64,000 bases of DNA from Isurus oxyrinchus (Eukaryota): positions 310,001 to 374,000 of the forward strand of contig JANJGN010000071.1 of assembly GCA_026770705.1 (NCBI GenBank), given 5' to 3'. Numbering within the stretch: the first letter of the stretch is position 1; the number at the start of each line of letters is the position of its first letter. The position numbers and the translations under genes are program-made. The notes under the pieces are model-generated. The model was given only the letters and a program-made list of their open reading frames with translations, ran no database searches and was not told the DNA's origin. Below are positions 40,198 through 53,062 of the stretch, piece by piece.

Positions 40198-41365
40198 ATG
40201 GGAGAGGTCGGTCTGATATTGATCTTCATCAGCTTGCTGCAAGGTACAAATTCATTACTGATCGGAACTCAGGGAATTGGATTCATTCCTGGAGTGAGGA
40301 AGTGAACATTTAATTTTAGAGAACAGGATTAGTGATCACACAGAGAGTGAGTGATTAGCGAGTCAGAGAATTTAGCAAAAGCAAAAGCCTCATACGGACT
40401 CGAAACACCAACTCTGTTTCTCTCTCCACAGATGCTGTCAGACCTGCTGAGTTTTTCCAGCATTTTCTGTCTGTGCATCAGAGAGCTTGTTTCAATAGGA
40501 ATGACAGTGCATTTATACAGCACCTTTAATGCAGTAAAACATCCTTATTGCTTCACAGGATTCCCCCACAAGGGGTAACATCCCCTCAGCATCCACCCTG
40601 TCAAACCCCCCACCACCTCAGAATCTTATATGTTTCAATAAGATCACCTCTCATTCTTCTAAACTCCAATGGATACAGGGCCCAACCTGCTCAACATTTC
40701 CTCATAAGACAAACCCCCTTCATCCCAGGAATCAGCCCAGTGATCCTCCTCTGAACTGCCTCCAATGCAGAGTCTATCCCTCCCTAAGTAAGGAGACCAG
40801 AACTGTACACACTGCTCCTGATACAATCTCACCAACGCCCTGTACAGTTGTAGCAAGACTCCCCTCCTTTTATACTCCATCCCTTTGCAATAAAGGCCAA
40901 CATTCCACTTGCGTTCCTCATTCTGTGCTGTTCCTGAATGCTGACTTTCTGTGATTCATGTACATGGACACCCAGATCCCTCTGTACCGCATTCTGTAGA
41001 CTCTCTCCATTGAAGTAATATTCTGCTTTTTGATGTTCAGTCCCTTCCCTTGTTGCCTTTCAGGAGTGACATCAGAGGGATGGTCTATGAAGGCGCTGCC
41101 TCGGAGGGCCATCAGCAGCTCTTGTGTGGTTATTCCGTGTAGCTTTGACTTTCCTTCCCACTCTTACACAGCACTGCACGGAGCTTGGTATAAATATTGG
41201 TATAGATGGAAATATACCATCACATACACCAAAGATCCCAATTACGGGATGGCCACATTCGTGGGACGTGCTAAAATAATCGGCGACTTGGAAGGGAAGA
41301 ATTGTTTGGTGAGGATTGACAGTCTCAGAGCTGAAGACAGTGACGTGTATTACACCCAATTCTAA
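40198..41365 (+). pseudogene. Siglec-like truncated gene, right arm: leader exon 40198-40243, V-set exon 41064-41365 open to stop
   Basis: Phase-1 leader and acceptor intact; V-set reads through ...DSDVYY into Gypsy sequence (TQF*); lacks the essential Arg and G strand. Confidence 0.85.
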
Positions 41366-41752
41366 ATCTTTTCACCAATTAGTCGACCTCATGAAGATGT
41401 GTTTTCAGCTGAAGCCGTGGGTAATAATGCAGAGGTTTAAGTTTAACTCCAGAGTAAGGGCCCCGGGAGAGTCCATCGCAACCTATACAGTGAAGTGGAA
41501 GCAGGTGACTGAGCACTGGGACCTCGGAGACACACTCAATGACATGTTGCGGGGCCGATTGGTTTGTGTCGTTCACCCCAACGCCATTCAGAGCCGTTTA
41601 CTCGCAGAAGCCGACATCGATTTGAAGCGCACCATGGAAATAGCGCCAGGCATGGAAAGTGCTGGGAGAGACTGGCGGGATTTACAGGATGTACAACATG
41701 GCGCCAGTCCTCAGCCGGGACAGGAACCAACCACCGGGCGTGAGGCTCAAAC

Positions 41753-41785
<33 letters not shown>

Positions 41786-42486
41786 CCGCCAAGCGAGAGA
41801 CAGTCTCTGCCGCTCCAGAAACTAAAAGGCTTCGTGGGAGTATTTCAGCAGCAACTCCGAAGTTGGTCTGTTCTTGATGTGGGGGGCATTGAGCACGTAC
41901 TGGACACCTGCAGGTTCAAGGGGGCAGAATGCCATCACTGCCACAAGAAAGGGGCGGGTAATAAAGCAATGCAGGGTGAAATCGAGACAGCCCATCAGGC
42001 AGTGCACCAACATGATGGAAGTGAATAATATCACAGAGCCTGAAGCTGCTGATACCGATGTCTATTCCCTGTCCAATGTCACAGTGGTAAAAACTGAACC
42101 TATAACCATCACAACCCAAGTGAATGGGCAGCCACTAGTAATGGGGCAGATACGGGAGCCTCAGACACAGTGGTGGAAGAGCCCACATTTAAACAGCTAA
42201 ATGAAGGAACCCAGACGCTGAATTTAGAGCCAACAATGGATCAGCTGAAGACACACACTGGAGAATCCATACAGGGAAAGGACCTCATCCCAGTACCTGT
42301 GTCCTACAGGCAGCAGACAGCCCAGCTTCCAGTGATCATAGCGACAGGTGAGGGCCCTAGTCTTCTGGGCCGAGACTGGTTCCAGAAAACCAAGCTCAGC
42401 TGCTCTGAAATGTTTCACTGGAGGAGTTGCTGAGTTGCTGGGGGAATATGAGAGTGTATCTCGGAATGAGTTTGAAGAATTGAAGC
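41354..42486 (+). mobile_element. Gypsy gag-protease relic, right arm
   Basis: Same motifs as the left-arm copy. Confidence 0.85.
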
Positions 42487-45400
42487 ATCCTCACAGGCTG
42501 CAAGTGTCCCTCAGGTCAGAGTTGGTTCCACTGGAAAATCCTGAAGAGAAAGAAAGCGAATTCTGTGCCGCTCTGAGCAAACTGAAGAAACAGTTGGCAG
42601 GGAAGACCCAACCATGTCCAATGTTCCAGGAGGAAGGCAAGAGATACAAGGAAGAGACTGAAGAGCTGAAGATTCAGCTGAATGAAACCAAAGAGGCAGT
42701 TACAGTATCACAACAAGTTTACAGAGCAGAAGGAGGCCATTCAGTCCCCTCGAGCCTGTTACACAGGAACAGGAAGAGGCCCATTCAGCCCCCTCGAGAC
42801 TGTTACACAGGAACAGAAGGGGGCCATTCAGCCCATTGAGCCTGTTACACAGATACAGGAAGAGGCCATTCAGCCCCTCGAGCCTGTTACACAGGAACTG
42901 GAGGAGGCCCATTCAGCCCCCTCGAGCCTGTTACACAAGAACAGGAGGAGGCCCATTCAGCCCCATTGAGCCTGTTACACAGAAAAAGGACAAGGCCCAT
43001 TCAGCCACTGATTCCCGTTACACAGGAACAGGAGGAGGCCATTCAGCCCCTTGTAGGGTGTGGTGGTGTGTGTCAGCTTCACCTGCGACTTCTGAGCCGT
43101 CTGAATCCCTCCCACTCCCTGGGTTCTAGACCTTGGACTTATTCGGGGCTTGTCACAAAGTGCAGCGGACAACTGGTTTTGGTGCAAGACAAAAACTGAG
43201 TTTACTGAAGTCACAAATGAACTTCTAACATTAGGTTGACACTGAGATTATACAGACTTACAAAGTACACTGAGTTAAGAATGGGGAACACACGGCATAA
43301 CGAGGGAGAATCACGCTACTAATGCCCTTACCCTTGTCCCACCCCCCATCCCTAACTAAATTGCACTAGGAGAGGTCAGGGGTCATGCTCACCAACCCAG
43401 GGTTCCTCGACAGGTGGAAATCCAGCCAGGTAAGCCGGTTGCAGTTTTGGGGGACGCTCTTAGTGTCCTCTGGGGCCTGTCATCCCCACGTGGTCCTGGT
43501 CTGTGGAATCTGTGAAGGGTCTTCAGTTGGGTGGAGGGCGCGGTTGTGGGTGGTCGATCTTCATGGAGGGCAGCGGTTGTGGCCTTGTTGTCTTCGATTG
43601 AGCCTGCTACCCCGTGCCCCTCACCGTGATGTTGCCTGTGGGCCTGCAAACCTCCAGGTCTCCTTGCTTAAACTCTGTTTCAACCGCTCCCAACTGCTCA
43701 CTGCCCTGTGTCAGCTTTCAACACTGCAACCCTTCTGCTGGCTGGTTTCTCTCCCAACTGACTGCCCAGTTATACTGCCTTTCGAGTTTCTTATCGCAAT
43801 CCAAATCAAGGTTCGTTCTTTGTTTGTCTTTGGTGGGCTTCCCCAGGTGATTGATGTCTCGTTGTTGTTAATGGGCTCGCATGATGTTTATCATTGTCTT
43901 CCTGCCCAGTAACTAGTTTTGAACTGAAAGCCATTGTATGTGTGGAGTATTGATGGGTTCGCATAATTAAATTGCCGGCCTCAGAAGTTAGGAGCGATTA
44001 TTGATGCAAGATTTAGATGGGCTTCAGTTGCGTGTGAAGTGAAGTCTTTCTCTGGGTTGATTGTATTAAAGGGAAGAATGCGTATTCTGTCTCCTCTCGT
44101 TGTCTGGTTTCAGGCCAAACATTCCACACTGCTCTCAATAAGCCCGGACATGTGCAGCCCCAGGCCTTCATGGGCCCAGCCTCCTGTCTGCAGGGTTTTC
44201 CACTTAACTCAGCAGTTTAAAGGTGCAAAAGTGATATCCTTGTTGATGATATGGAAAATGTGGGAATTTTGAGAACCCTTCAAGAGATAGGGAGGGTTAC
44301 AGGGGCTGGAGGAGGTTACAGGTATAGGGAGGGGTGTAGGGGTTGAAGGTGGTTACAGAGATGGGGAGGGTTGTGGGGGTTGGAGGTGGTTACAGATATA
44401 GGGAGGGGTGTAGGGGTTGAAGGTGGTTACAGAGATGGGGAGGATTGTAGAGGCAGGTGGAGGCTGCCTTAGGGAGGGTTGTAGGGGCTGGAGGAAAGGG
44501 AGAGAGAGAGGAGGTTACAGATATAGGGAGGGAGACAGTCAGAGAGAGAGCCTCCAGGAGATAGAGAGCGATAGAGAGATTGAGAGACAGACAGAGACTG
44601 AGAGAGGGGGAAGAGAGAAAGGCAGAATGTGATGGAACACTGAATCCTTGTCTATGCGTTTTGAAATCCAGCCCAGAACTATCATTGGAAGATTCAGCGA
44701 GTGTCCAGTACAGGGGACCCAGCCCAACCTTCTCATCCTGACCTTCCCAGTGGGGTTGAAGAGGGCAGAGAGGAAACCTTCCTCTGTTATTCTGTTGTCG
44801 AATAAACACAACAATTCTGGAACTCTGCCCGTTCTATCTCACGGATTAGAATATAAGGGGGCAGAGGTCATGCTTCAGTCTACATAAAGCCCTGGCTAGA
44901 CCACACCTGGAGTCACTGTGAGACATTCTGGGCCCCACACCTTAGGAATATATTGACCTCGGAGGGAGAGCAGTGTCAGTTTACCAGAATGAGACCGGGA
45001 CTCCAAGGGTTAAATCACAAGGAGAGATTAAACACAAACTCGGCTTGTATTCCCTGGAAGTTAGAATGTTAAGCAGGAGATTTGATGAAAGTTCGCATGA
45101 TATTAAGGGGAACAGATCGGGGGCGATAAAGAGAAACCATTTCCCCTGGTTGGGGGGAGTCTGGGACTCGGGGTCAGAGCCTAAAAAGGAATTAAATTAG
45201 GAAGTACAAAGGGTGGGAGAAATTTGGAACTCTCTTCCCCAAACAGGAACTGATGCACGATCAAGTTGTTCATTTTAAACCTGTGAGACTGATAGATTTT
45301 TGTTATCCAAAGGTATTAAAGGAGATGGGACAAAGGCATATGGGGCTAGTTTGCAGATCAGCCATGAACTCACTGAATGGTGGAGCAGGCTCGAGGGGCC

Positions 45401-45740
45401 AAATGGCCTCCTCCTACCTTTATGTAATAGAAACTTACCTGTCAGAAGCCAGTTTATGTTGATGTGAGTCTGAGTCGATGACTGAACCCAGTTGGTAACT
45501 TGTTCCATACAAAGCAAGAACGTTCATTTACCCACTGGTGGGTAAATCAGTTCCCCCTCGAGGCCCCTTGTCCGAAATAAAAGCAACGCACACAATTTGT
45601 AAAATAGTAAGTGTCTGGCAGGAAGGAGGAGCAATGAGAGGAGTAAGGGGTTAGGGGGCGTGCGCTTCACCTGATTTGCCGACATAAGAACCAGCCCCTA
45701 TGTTTTTGCTATGTTGTGTTGCATCAATATGAACACATAT

Positions 45741-45931
45741 TTGCACAAGGTGAAGGGCGTTGCGGAGGGACTGATAGTTCTCGGCGCCAGACAGTCAATG
45801 TCCCAGTGACCTTACTGCTGGTCCCAGGCCAGTGGGACAGGGAACATCGACACTGCAATATCCAGAAATGGGTGTGATACCACACAGCAACCCGCCCCCG
45901 GCTGTCCCCTTCAAGTGTTTCAGGTATAAGA
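45741..45931 (+). promoter_or_regulatory. Promoter of truncated hepcidin copy with intact BMP-responsive element GGCGCC+CAGAC
   Basis: GGCGCC 45783-45788 overlapping CAGAC, GC box ~45891, TATAAGA 45925-45931. Confidence 0.55.
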
Positions 45932-46001
45932 GCAGGAAGCTCCTCTAGTTACAAACCAAAGCATCAAAGCAGAGCCAGAAGATCAGAAGAGACAGGCAGA
46001 G

Positions 46002-49000
46002 ATGGGAAGCTCCCAGATGAAATGGCGACTTGTCTTGTTCACTCTGACTTTGCTGCTCTCCCTGCAGCTGAGTCACTTCTTCTCCTTGTCGAGGGTAAGT
46101 TAAGAGATGTCCCTCTGGGTGAGGTGTTTCTTGCACATGACTCTACGTCTACCACCCAGATAGACTGGTCTCTTCCGCAGTTTGATATTATTATGTTCGT
46201 GCCTTTAATATTGTCGCCCTCTATGAATTTAACATCATTTCCTTCTGTCATTTCCCCTGAAATTCTCATTCTTGTTTTCAATCCCTCCTCAGCGACTCCC
46301 TATCTCTGTAACCTCCACCAGGCCTTACAACCCTCCCTATCTCTGTAACCTCCTCCAGCCCCTACACCCCTCCCTATCTCTGTAACCTCCACCAGGCCTT
46401 ACAACCCTCCCTATCTCTGTAACCTCCTCCAGCCCGTACAACCCTCCCTATCTCTGTAAACTCCTCCAGCCCCTACAACCCTCCCTATCTCTGTAACCTC
46501 CACCAGGCCTTACAACCCTCCCTATCTCTGTAACCTCCTCCAGCCCCTACACCCCTCTCTATCTCTGTAACCTCCTCCAGCCCCTACAACCCTCCCTATC
46601 TCTGTAACTTCCTCCAGCCCCTACAACCCTCCCTATCTCTGTAACCTCCTCCAGCCCGTACAACCCTCCCTATCTCTGTAACCTCCTCCAGCCCCTACAA
46701 CCCTCCCTATCTCTGTAACCTCCTCCCGCCCCTACAACCCTCCCTATCTCTGTAACATCCTCCAGCCCCTACAACAATCCCTATCTCTGTAACATCCTAC
46801 AGTCTCTACAACCCTCCCTATCTCTGTAACCTCCTCCAGTCCCTATAACCCTCCCTATCTCTGTAACCTCCTCCAGACCCGACAACCCTCCCTATCTATG
46901 TAACCTCCTACAGTCCCCACAACACTCCCTATCTCTGTAACCTCCCCCAGGCCCCACAACCCTCACGATCACTGTAACCTCCTCCAGACCCTACAACCCT
47001 CCCTATAACTCAGAATATTTGACAGTTTTACACACGGACAGCTTTGCCTTCCTTCTCTCTTTCAGTTATCTTGCTCCCTTATTGAAGTATCTAGCAAGGT
47101 GAGAATGGACAGGAAGTGTGACACTGAACAGCCTGTCTATTCTAGGAGCTGCTGTGTTGTCTTCATGGGAAATTCTGACTAAAATCAGCAAAAGACACTA
47201 ATTTCAGGCCATTGCTGTCAGAGTCCTAGCCACAAGATAGACTTCATCCCCTGAATTTTGTGTCCGATTTTCCACTCAAGCTTTCACCTCCGCACACACC
47301 CACCCCGACCCCACAAGTCACTCGCTGACCTACACTGGCTCCCAGTCCAACAACACCTCGATGTGATTATTTTCACACTTGATTTCCAATCCCTCCATCA
47401 CTCCGCTCCACTCCGTGTCTCTGTAACCTACTCAAACCTACAACCCTCTGTGATCTCTGCACTCCCCCAATTCTGCTGTCAGACAGGGAGTCAGTGTATA
47501 TCAGTGAGCACAGGGGTGATGGGTGAATGGGACTTGGTGTGAGTTTGTGCACTGGGTCACTGCTGAATTGGTTCCGAATCACAGCTCAATAAGAATGACC
47601 TCAATAACCTCCTCCAGCCCCTACAACCTTCCCTATCTCTGTAACCTGCTCCAGACCCTACAACCCTCCCTATCTCTGTAACCTGCTCCAGACCCTACAA
47701 CCCTCCCTATCTCTGTAACCTGCTCCAGACCCTACAACCCTCCCTATCTCTGTAACCTGCTCCAGACCCTACAACCCTCCCTATCTCTGTAAAATCCTCC
47801 AGGCCCCACAACCCTCACAATCACTGTAACCTCCTCCAGCCCCTACATCCTCCTGAACTCTATAAGCTCCTCTCCACACTATAACTCTCCCTATCTCTGT
47901 AACCTACTGTGGCCCCTACAGCAGTGTCTATTTTGGTAACCTCCTCCAGCCTCTACAACCCTCCCTACATCTGTAACCTCCTCCAGCCCCCACAACTCCC
48001 CCATCTCTGTAACCTCCTACAGCCTCTACAACCCTCCCTATCTCTGTAACTTCCTACAGCCCTTACAACCCTCCCTATCTCTGTAACCTCCTACAGCCTC
48101 TACAGCCCTCCCTATTTCTGTAACCTCCTCCAGCCCCTACAACCCTCCCTATCTCTGTAACCTCCTACAGCCTCTACAACCCTCCCTATCTCTGTAACTT
48201 CCTAGAGCCCTTACAACCCTCCCTTTCTCTGTAACCTCCTACAGCCTCTACAGCCCTCCCTATCTCTGTAACCTCCTCCAGCCCCCACAACCCTACCTAA
48301 ATCACTGGTCTGAGTCTCACTCCAGGGAATTCAGTCCCATAATGTAGATCAACGCTCTGTGCTGAGGGAGTGCTGCACTCTCAGAGGGTCAGTAGTGTGG
48401 AAGTGTTGCACTATTGGAGGGACAGTACTGAGGGAGTGCTATACTGTCGGAGGTCAGTACTGAGGGAGTGCTGCTGTGTCGAAGGGTTAGTACTGAAATA
48501 GAGCTGCACTGACGGAGGGACAGTACTGAGGGAGCGCAGCACTGACGGAGGGACAATACTGTGGGAGTGCAGCACTATCGAAGGGTTAATACTAAGGGAG
48601 TGCTGCAGTGTCAAAGGGTTAGTACTGAGGGAGCACAACAATGTTGAATGAGACATTAAACTGAGTCCCCCGTCTGCCCTCACGGGCGGGTGTGAAAGAT
48701 CCCACAGCCACTATTTGGAGGAAGAGCAGGGGGTGTTCTCCCCGGTGTCCTGGGACCAATATTTATCCCTCAACCAACATCACCAAAAACAGATGATCTA
48801 GGCCATGATCACATTGCTATTTGTGGGATCTTGCTGTGCACAAATCAGCTGCCACATTTCCTACAGTGTGAGTGCACTTCAAAAACATCCTTCAGTGGCT
48901 GTGAAATGCTTTGGGATGTGGTGAAAGGCGTTAGAGAAATGCAAGTCTGTCTTCCTCCCCCTCTCTCTCCTGTACCTCTCTCTCTCTCTCTCCCTCTCCC

Positions 49001-49104
49001 TCAATCCTCCTCTCACTTTCTCCCTGATAAATTCTTTCTTTTTGCAGGTTGACACTGCTTTAGGTTCTTCGACGATTGAGAAATCTGTGGATTCCCCGGA
49101 CACG
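46002..49104 (+). pseudogene. HAMP: Truncated hepcidin duplicate: exon 1 (46002-46094) and exon 2 (49048-49104), no exon 3
   Basis: Both exons identical to the left copy with intact splice sites; homology ends at 49843 inside intron 2, followed by a Gypsy integrase fragment. Confidence 0.85.
47013..47597 (+). repeat. Direct copy of 54973-55556 (gene B intron 1) inserted in the right-arm hepcidin intron 1
   Basis: Near-identical ~585 bp, absent from the left arm. Confidence 0.88.
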
Positions 49105-49879
49105 GTAGGTGGAAATTCATTCCTTATTTTAAGGTTTCTCCCTGCTCGTTTCTTCCACAGAAAGTTTTCTGATTTCAAGCTGATTTCAGTGGCAGTCTGT
49201 CTCGGTTATACTCAGGAGGCATGTTTGAAATCGAGCCCCCCCCCCCTTTTTTTGCAAAGCTGGGAAGAGACAATTCCAAGGAAGTGAACATATCCCCACA
49301 GGAATTTTAAATGTAACCCACGCCGGGAATAGTGAGAGGGAGACTGATCCAGCCTGGGAGTGGGTTAAAGAGAGGCTGGGAGTCGAGAGTCGGAGAGAGG
49401 GATGGAATGGGGGAGGGAGGGATTGGAAGAGAGAGACAGAGAGTGGGACGGGGAGGGGTGAAAGGGAAAGAACATAGGTGGGAGAGAGTGACAGAGGGAG
49501 AAATTAAAGAAGAGATGCAGAGTGAGGGAAAGTGAAAAGGGAAGAGAGATTGTCCAAGAGAGAGAAATTAACAGGGAAGGGAGAGTTACAGAGTGAGCGA
49601 AAGGTACAAAAATAGTGTGAGAGAGAGGGAGAGATACTGAGTGGGAGAATGAGACAGGGAGAGAGAGAGAGAGAGAGACAGGAAAAGGGAGAGAGGAGAG
49701 AAAGATTGGGAGAGAGGGCAATTGAGAGGAAGAGTAGGAGAGAGAGAGACAGGGAGAGGAGGAGTGGATGAGAGGAAGAGAGAGAGATATGGAGCAGGAG
49801 AACACCTCCTCTGGTCCCGATGTTCCTCCAAAATCTCTGACATGACTCGAAGACTTTCAACCAGTGAATAAAAATTGTT

Positions 49880-50792
49880 CCAAACCACCTGAGACCACAG
49901 CCCTTAGTTACTATTCAGCACTTCATCACCCATATCAAACCCTCACCCTACCGCCCAGCATCGAACGGCAGGGCTGAGCAGGGCATCCAAACCTTTAAAT
50001 CCAGGGTGAGAAAGATGGAAGGGGATTCCATCGGCACGAGATTGTCCCGGTTCCTCTTCACAAACTGGGCCAGGCCACAAACAACGACCAGCATTGGCCC
50101 TGCAGAACTACTAATGAAGAGACATCTCCGCACCCACCTGACCCTTATCCAGCCGGATTTAAAGGGGAGGCTGGAGAAAAGCCAAGAGACGCAGGAGACC
50201 AGGCACGATGGTCATGCTGGGAAAGAACTTTCACTGTGGGAGGTGCAGTCCTCGCGATGAACTATGGAGATGGGTCCAATTGGCTGTTAGGCGAGGTGAG
50301 TGCAGTAACTGGATCCCTCTCCTCTCATGTATCAGTAAACGACACGTGGATCATTTCCCCAAAATAACGCTGGTCCCACAAGAAGAAATGAAGTCTTCAT
50401 CTCCACTTGAGTCTGTGCCTCATGTAGAGGACAGGTCCCAAAATTTGGAAGGAGCAACATTCGAGAAAGCCTCCTGAGAGACTTGATTTGTAAATAGTTA
50501 TTAGTGTAATTAGTTCACTGGTTATTAAGTTTGTCAACTGCACTTTTTAAGTAAAGGGGGAAGGATGTGGTAAAGTGGAGTTCCTTGTACAGTTAAGAGA
50601 ATGCAAGTGGATAAACCATGTGACAGTGCTGCCCAATCATTGTACAGTGCGGGCTACTGGTTAACTGTAAGTCTAGAGCTGGAGGTGAGTGTGGGAACAT
50701 GCAAGGATTTAGTGCTCTGCCCTCTTGCAATAAATAATCAGCTTGTTCTAATGTCGGTCTCTCTTGGTTATTGATAGCGAGCATCAACTAAC
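49880..50792 (+). mobile_element. Gypsy integrase fragment, polypurine tract and short 3' LTR
   Basis: ASNGRAEQGIQTFK...RLSRFLF...PAELLM; aaagggggaagga followed by TGT at 50566. Confidence 0.75.
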
Positions 50793-50869
50793 AAGTGTAT
50801 ATGAAGGAGTGCAATTTGAGTTTACCATACCACTGAACTCATAGACTCAAGATATAAAACCAACAAACA

Positions 50870-52560
50870 GTCAGGGAGAGATGGACAATCCAACATGTGA
50901 TCACATTTCAGAGATGTGTAAGAATAATAAAGCAGTAATACTCAGGGATTTTAACTACCCAAATATTAACTGTAACAGCTTTAGTGAGCAAGGTAGGGAG
51001 GGAGAAAAATTCTGAAGTTGCATCCAGGAGAAGATTTTTAGTCTGTGCATAGAAAGCTCAACAAGGGAGGGGACAGTTCTGGACCTAATATATGGAAAAG
51101 CGCCGGGAAAGGTGGAAAGCGTATCAGTAGGGGAGATAGTTACTGTAACTCAATTGGATTTAGGACAGTTATGGAGAAGGATAAGTTTGTGCTGGGAATA
51201 AAAATTCTAAACTGGGGAAAGGCTAATTTTACTAAGATGAGATATGATTTAGTCCAATTGGACTGGGAGAAGCTATTTGCAGATAAAACTGTGTCAGAGC
51301 AGTGGGAGGCATTCAAGGAGGGAATAGCGAGAGTACAGAGCAGATATCTTCCTGTAAAGACAAAGAGGGAGACCAAGTCTGGAGAACCCTGGAAGACAAG
51401 GAACATAAAGGTTAGGATTGAGAAAAAAGAGAAGCTTATGGCAGATACTGAGGGCTCAATACAGCAGAGTCCCTAGAGGAGTATAAATAGTGCAGAGGGG
51501 AACTGAAAAAGTACATTAGGAAAGATAAGAGAGTGCATGAGAAAGCACTGGTGGGTAGAATAAAGCAAAACCCAGAGGGGTTTTTTAAATATGTAAAGAG
51601 CAGCAGAATAACTCGGTAAAGAGTGGGGCCGATTAGGGACTATCGAGGTGATGTGTGTGTGGACCTGGAAGACGTGGGTACAGTCCTCAATGAATACTTT
51701 GCATCAGTCTTCACAATGGAAAAGGATGATGCAGGTATAACATCAGGGTGGAGGACAGTGAAATATGAGAGGAAATTAACACAGAGAGAGGAGGTACTAG
51801 TGGGTTTAGCGGCCTGAAAAGTGGATAAATCCACAAGCCTGGATGAGATGAATCCAAAGCTGTTGAGGGAGGAAAGGGAAGAGATATCAGGGGCCCTGGC
51901 AGTAATTTTCAAATCCTCTCTGGCCACAGGTGAGGTGCCAGAGGACTGGAGGATGGCTAATGTTGTCCCATTATTAAAAAAGGGAGGAAGGGATAGATCA
52001 GGAAATTACAGGCCAGTCAGTCTAACCTCGGTGGTGGGGAAGTTACTAGTAAGAATTCTGAAGGACAGAATGAATCTGCACTGGGAGAGACAAGGATTAA
52101 TCTGGGATATTCAGCTGGATTTGTTAAGGGAAGGTCATGTTTGACAAACCTGATCAAATCTTTTGAGGAGGTAACCAGGAGTGTTGATGAGAGTAATGCC
52201 TTTGATGTGGTCGACATGGGCTGAGGAAGGCATTTGATAAGGTGCCTCTTGGCAGAGAGGCCAAGAAAGTAAGAGCCCATGGGATCCAAGGCAAAGTGGC
52301 ACGTTGGATCCAATATTGGCTGAGGCAGGAAGCAGAGGGTGATGGTGGAGGGATGTTTCTGTGACTGGATGTCTGTTTCCAGTGGGGTTCCACAGGGCTC
52401 AGTGCTGGGGCACTTGCTGTTTGTGGTGTATATAAATGAATTGGACTTATATAAAGGGGAAATGATCAAGACGCAAATGGAATTCAACCTGGAAATATGT
52501 GAGGTGATGCACTTGGGGAGGGAGTTGCTGACCAGCATGGACATGATGGGCTAAATGGCC
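50870..52560 (+). mobile_element. CR1 LINE ORF2 relic (endonuclease to RT)
   Basis: DFNYPNI, NWGKANF, DWRMANVVPLLKKG, GNYRPVSLTSVVGK, SGVPQGSVLG. Confidence 0.9.
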
Positions 52561-52765
52561 TCCTTCTGTCTATGTGTCTATGAGTCTATGAGTCCATGAT
52601 GCATTGTCGGAGAGTCAGTAGTAAGGATGTACTGCCTGTCAGGGGTCAGTTTTTACCAGTGAAACACCAATGGTTTGTTGGTAAACAAAGTGCTGTATGT
52701 GGGAGCTTGCTGTGCACATTTGATACTATTCCAGCTAATGTAGAAAGAAGGGTGTTTGTACTTAC

Positions 52766-53062
52766 ATAGCACTGTCATTACGAGGGTCCGCTTCGATGAA
52801 ACAGATGGATATCTCACTCTGCAGCTGAGAGTGTGTCCGTGGTGTTTGAGTGATGGGATCAGGGTCAGAACAGAAGTATAGGTCAGAGTGACAGCATGCT
52901 GAGTTACAGTGTTTGAGACTGATCCAGGTACGTCAGTGGGAATGTCCCAGGTTAAGACAGGTGCTGCTGTTCCATTGCACGTTGTGTTGAAGGTGCAGCT
53001 TACATCCACACGCTTTCCTGCAATAATTTCAGCAGGGAATATCGTGGGTTTATCTGTGAAAT
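52766..53062 (-). CDS. Siglec domain-2 C2-set exon (gene B)
   Basis: 297 nt, phase 1-1; DFTDKPTIFP...SCTFNTTC...LTW...TSVLTLIPSLKHHGHTLSCRV; extra Cys expected for the V/C2 interdomain disulfide. Confidence 0.9.

Larger units (their letters stand above)
37190..49843. repeat. Right arm of large inverted segmental duplication
   Basis: Outer breakpoint ctctgacat at 49843 matches atgtcagag at 8362; inner end blurred in CA/TG repeats. Confidence 0.92.
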
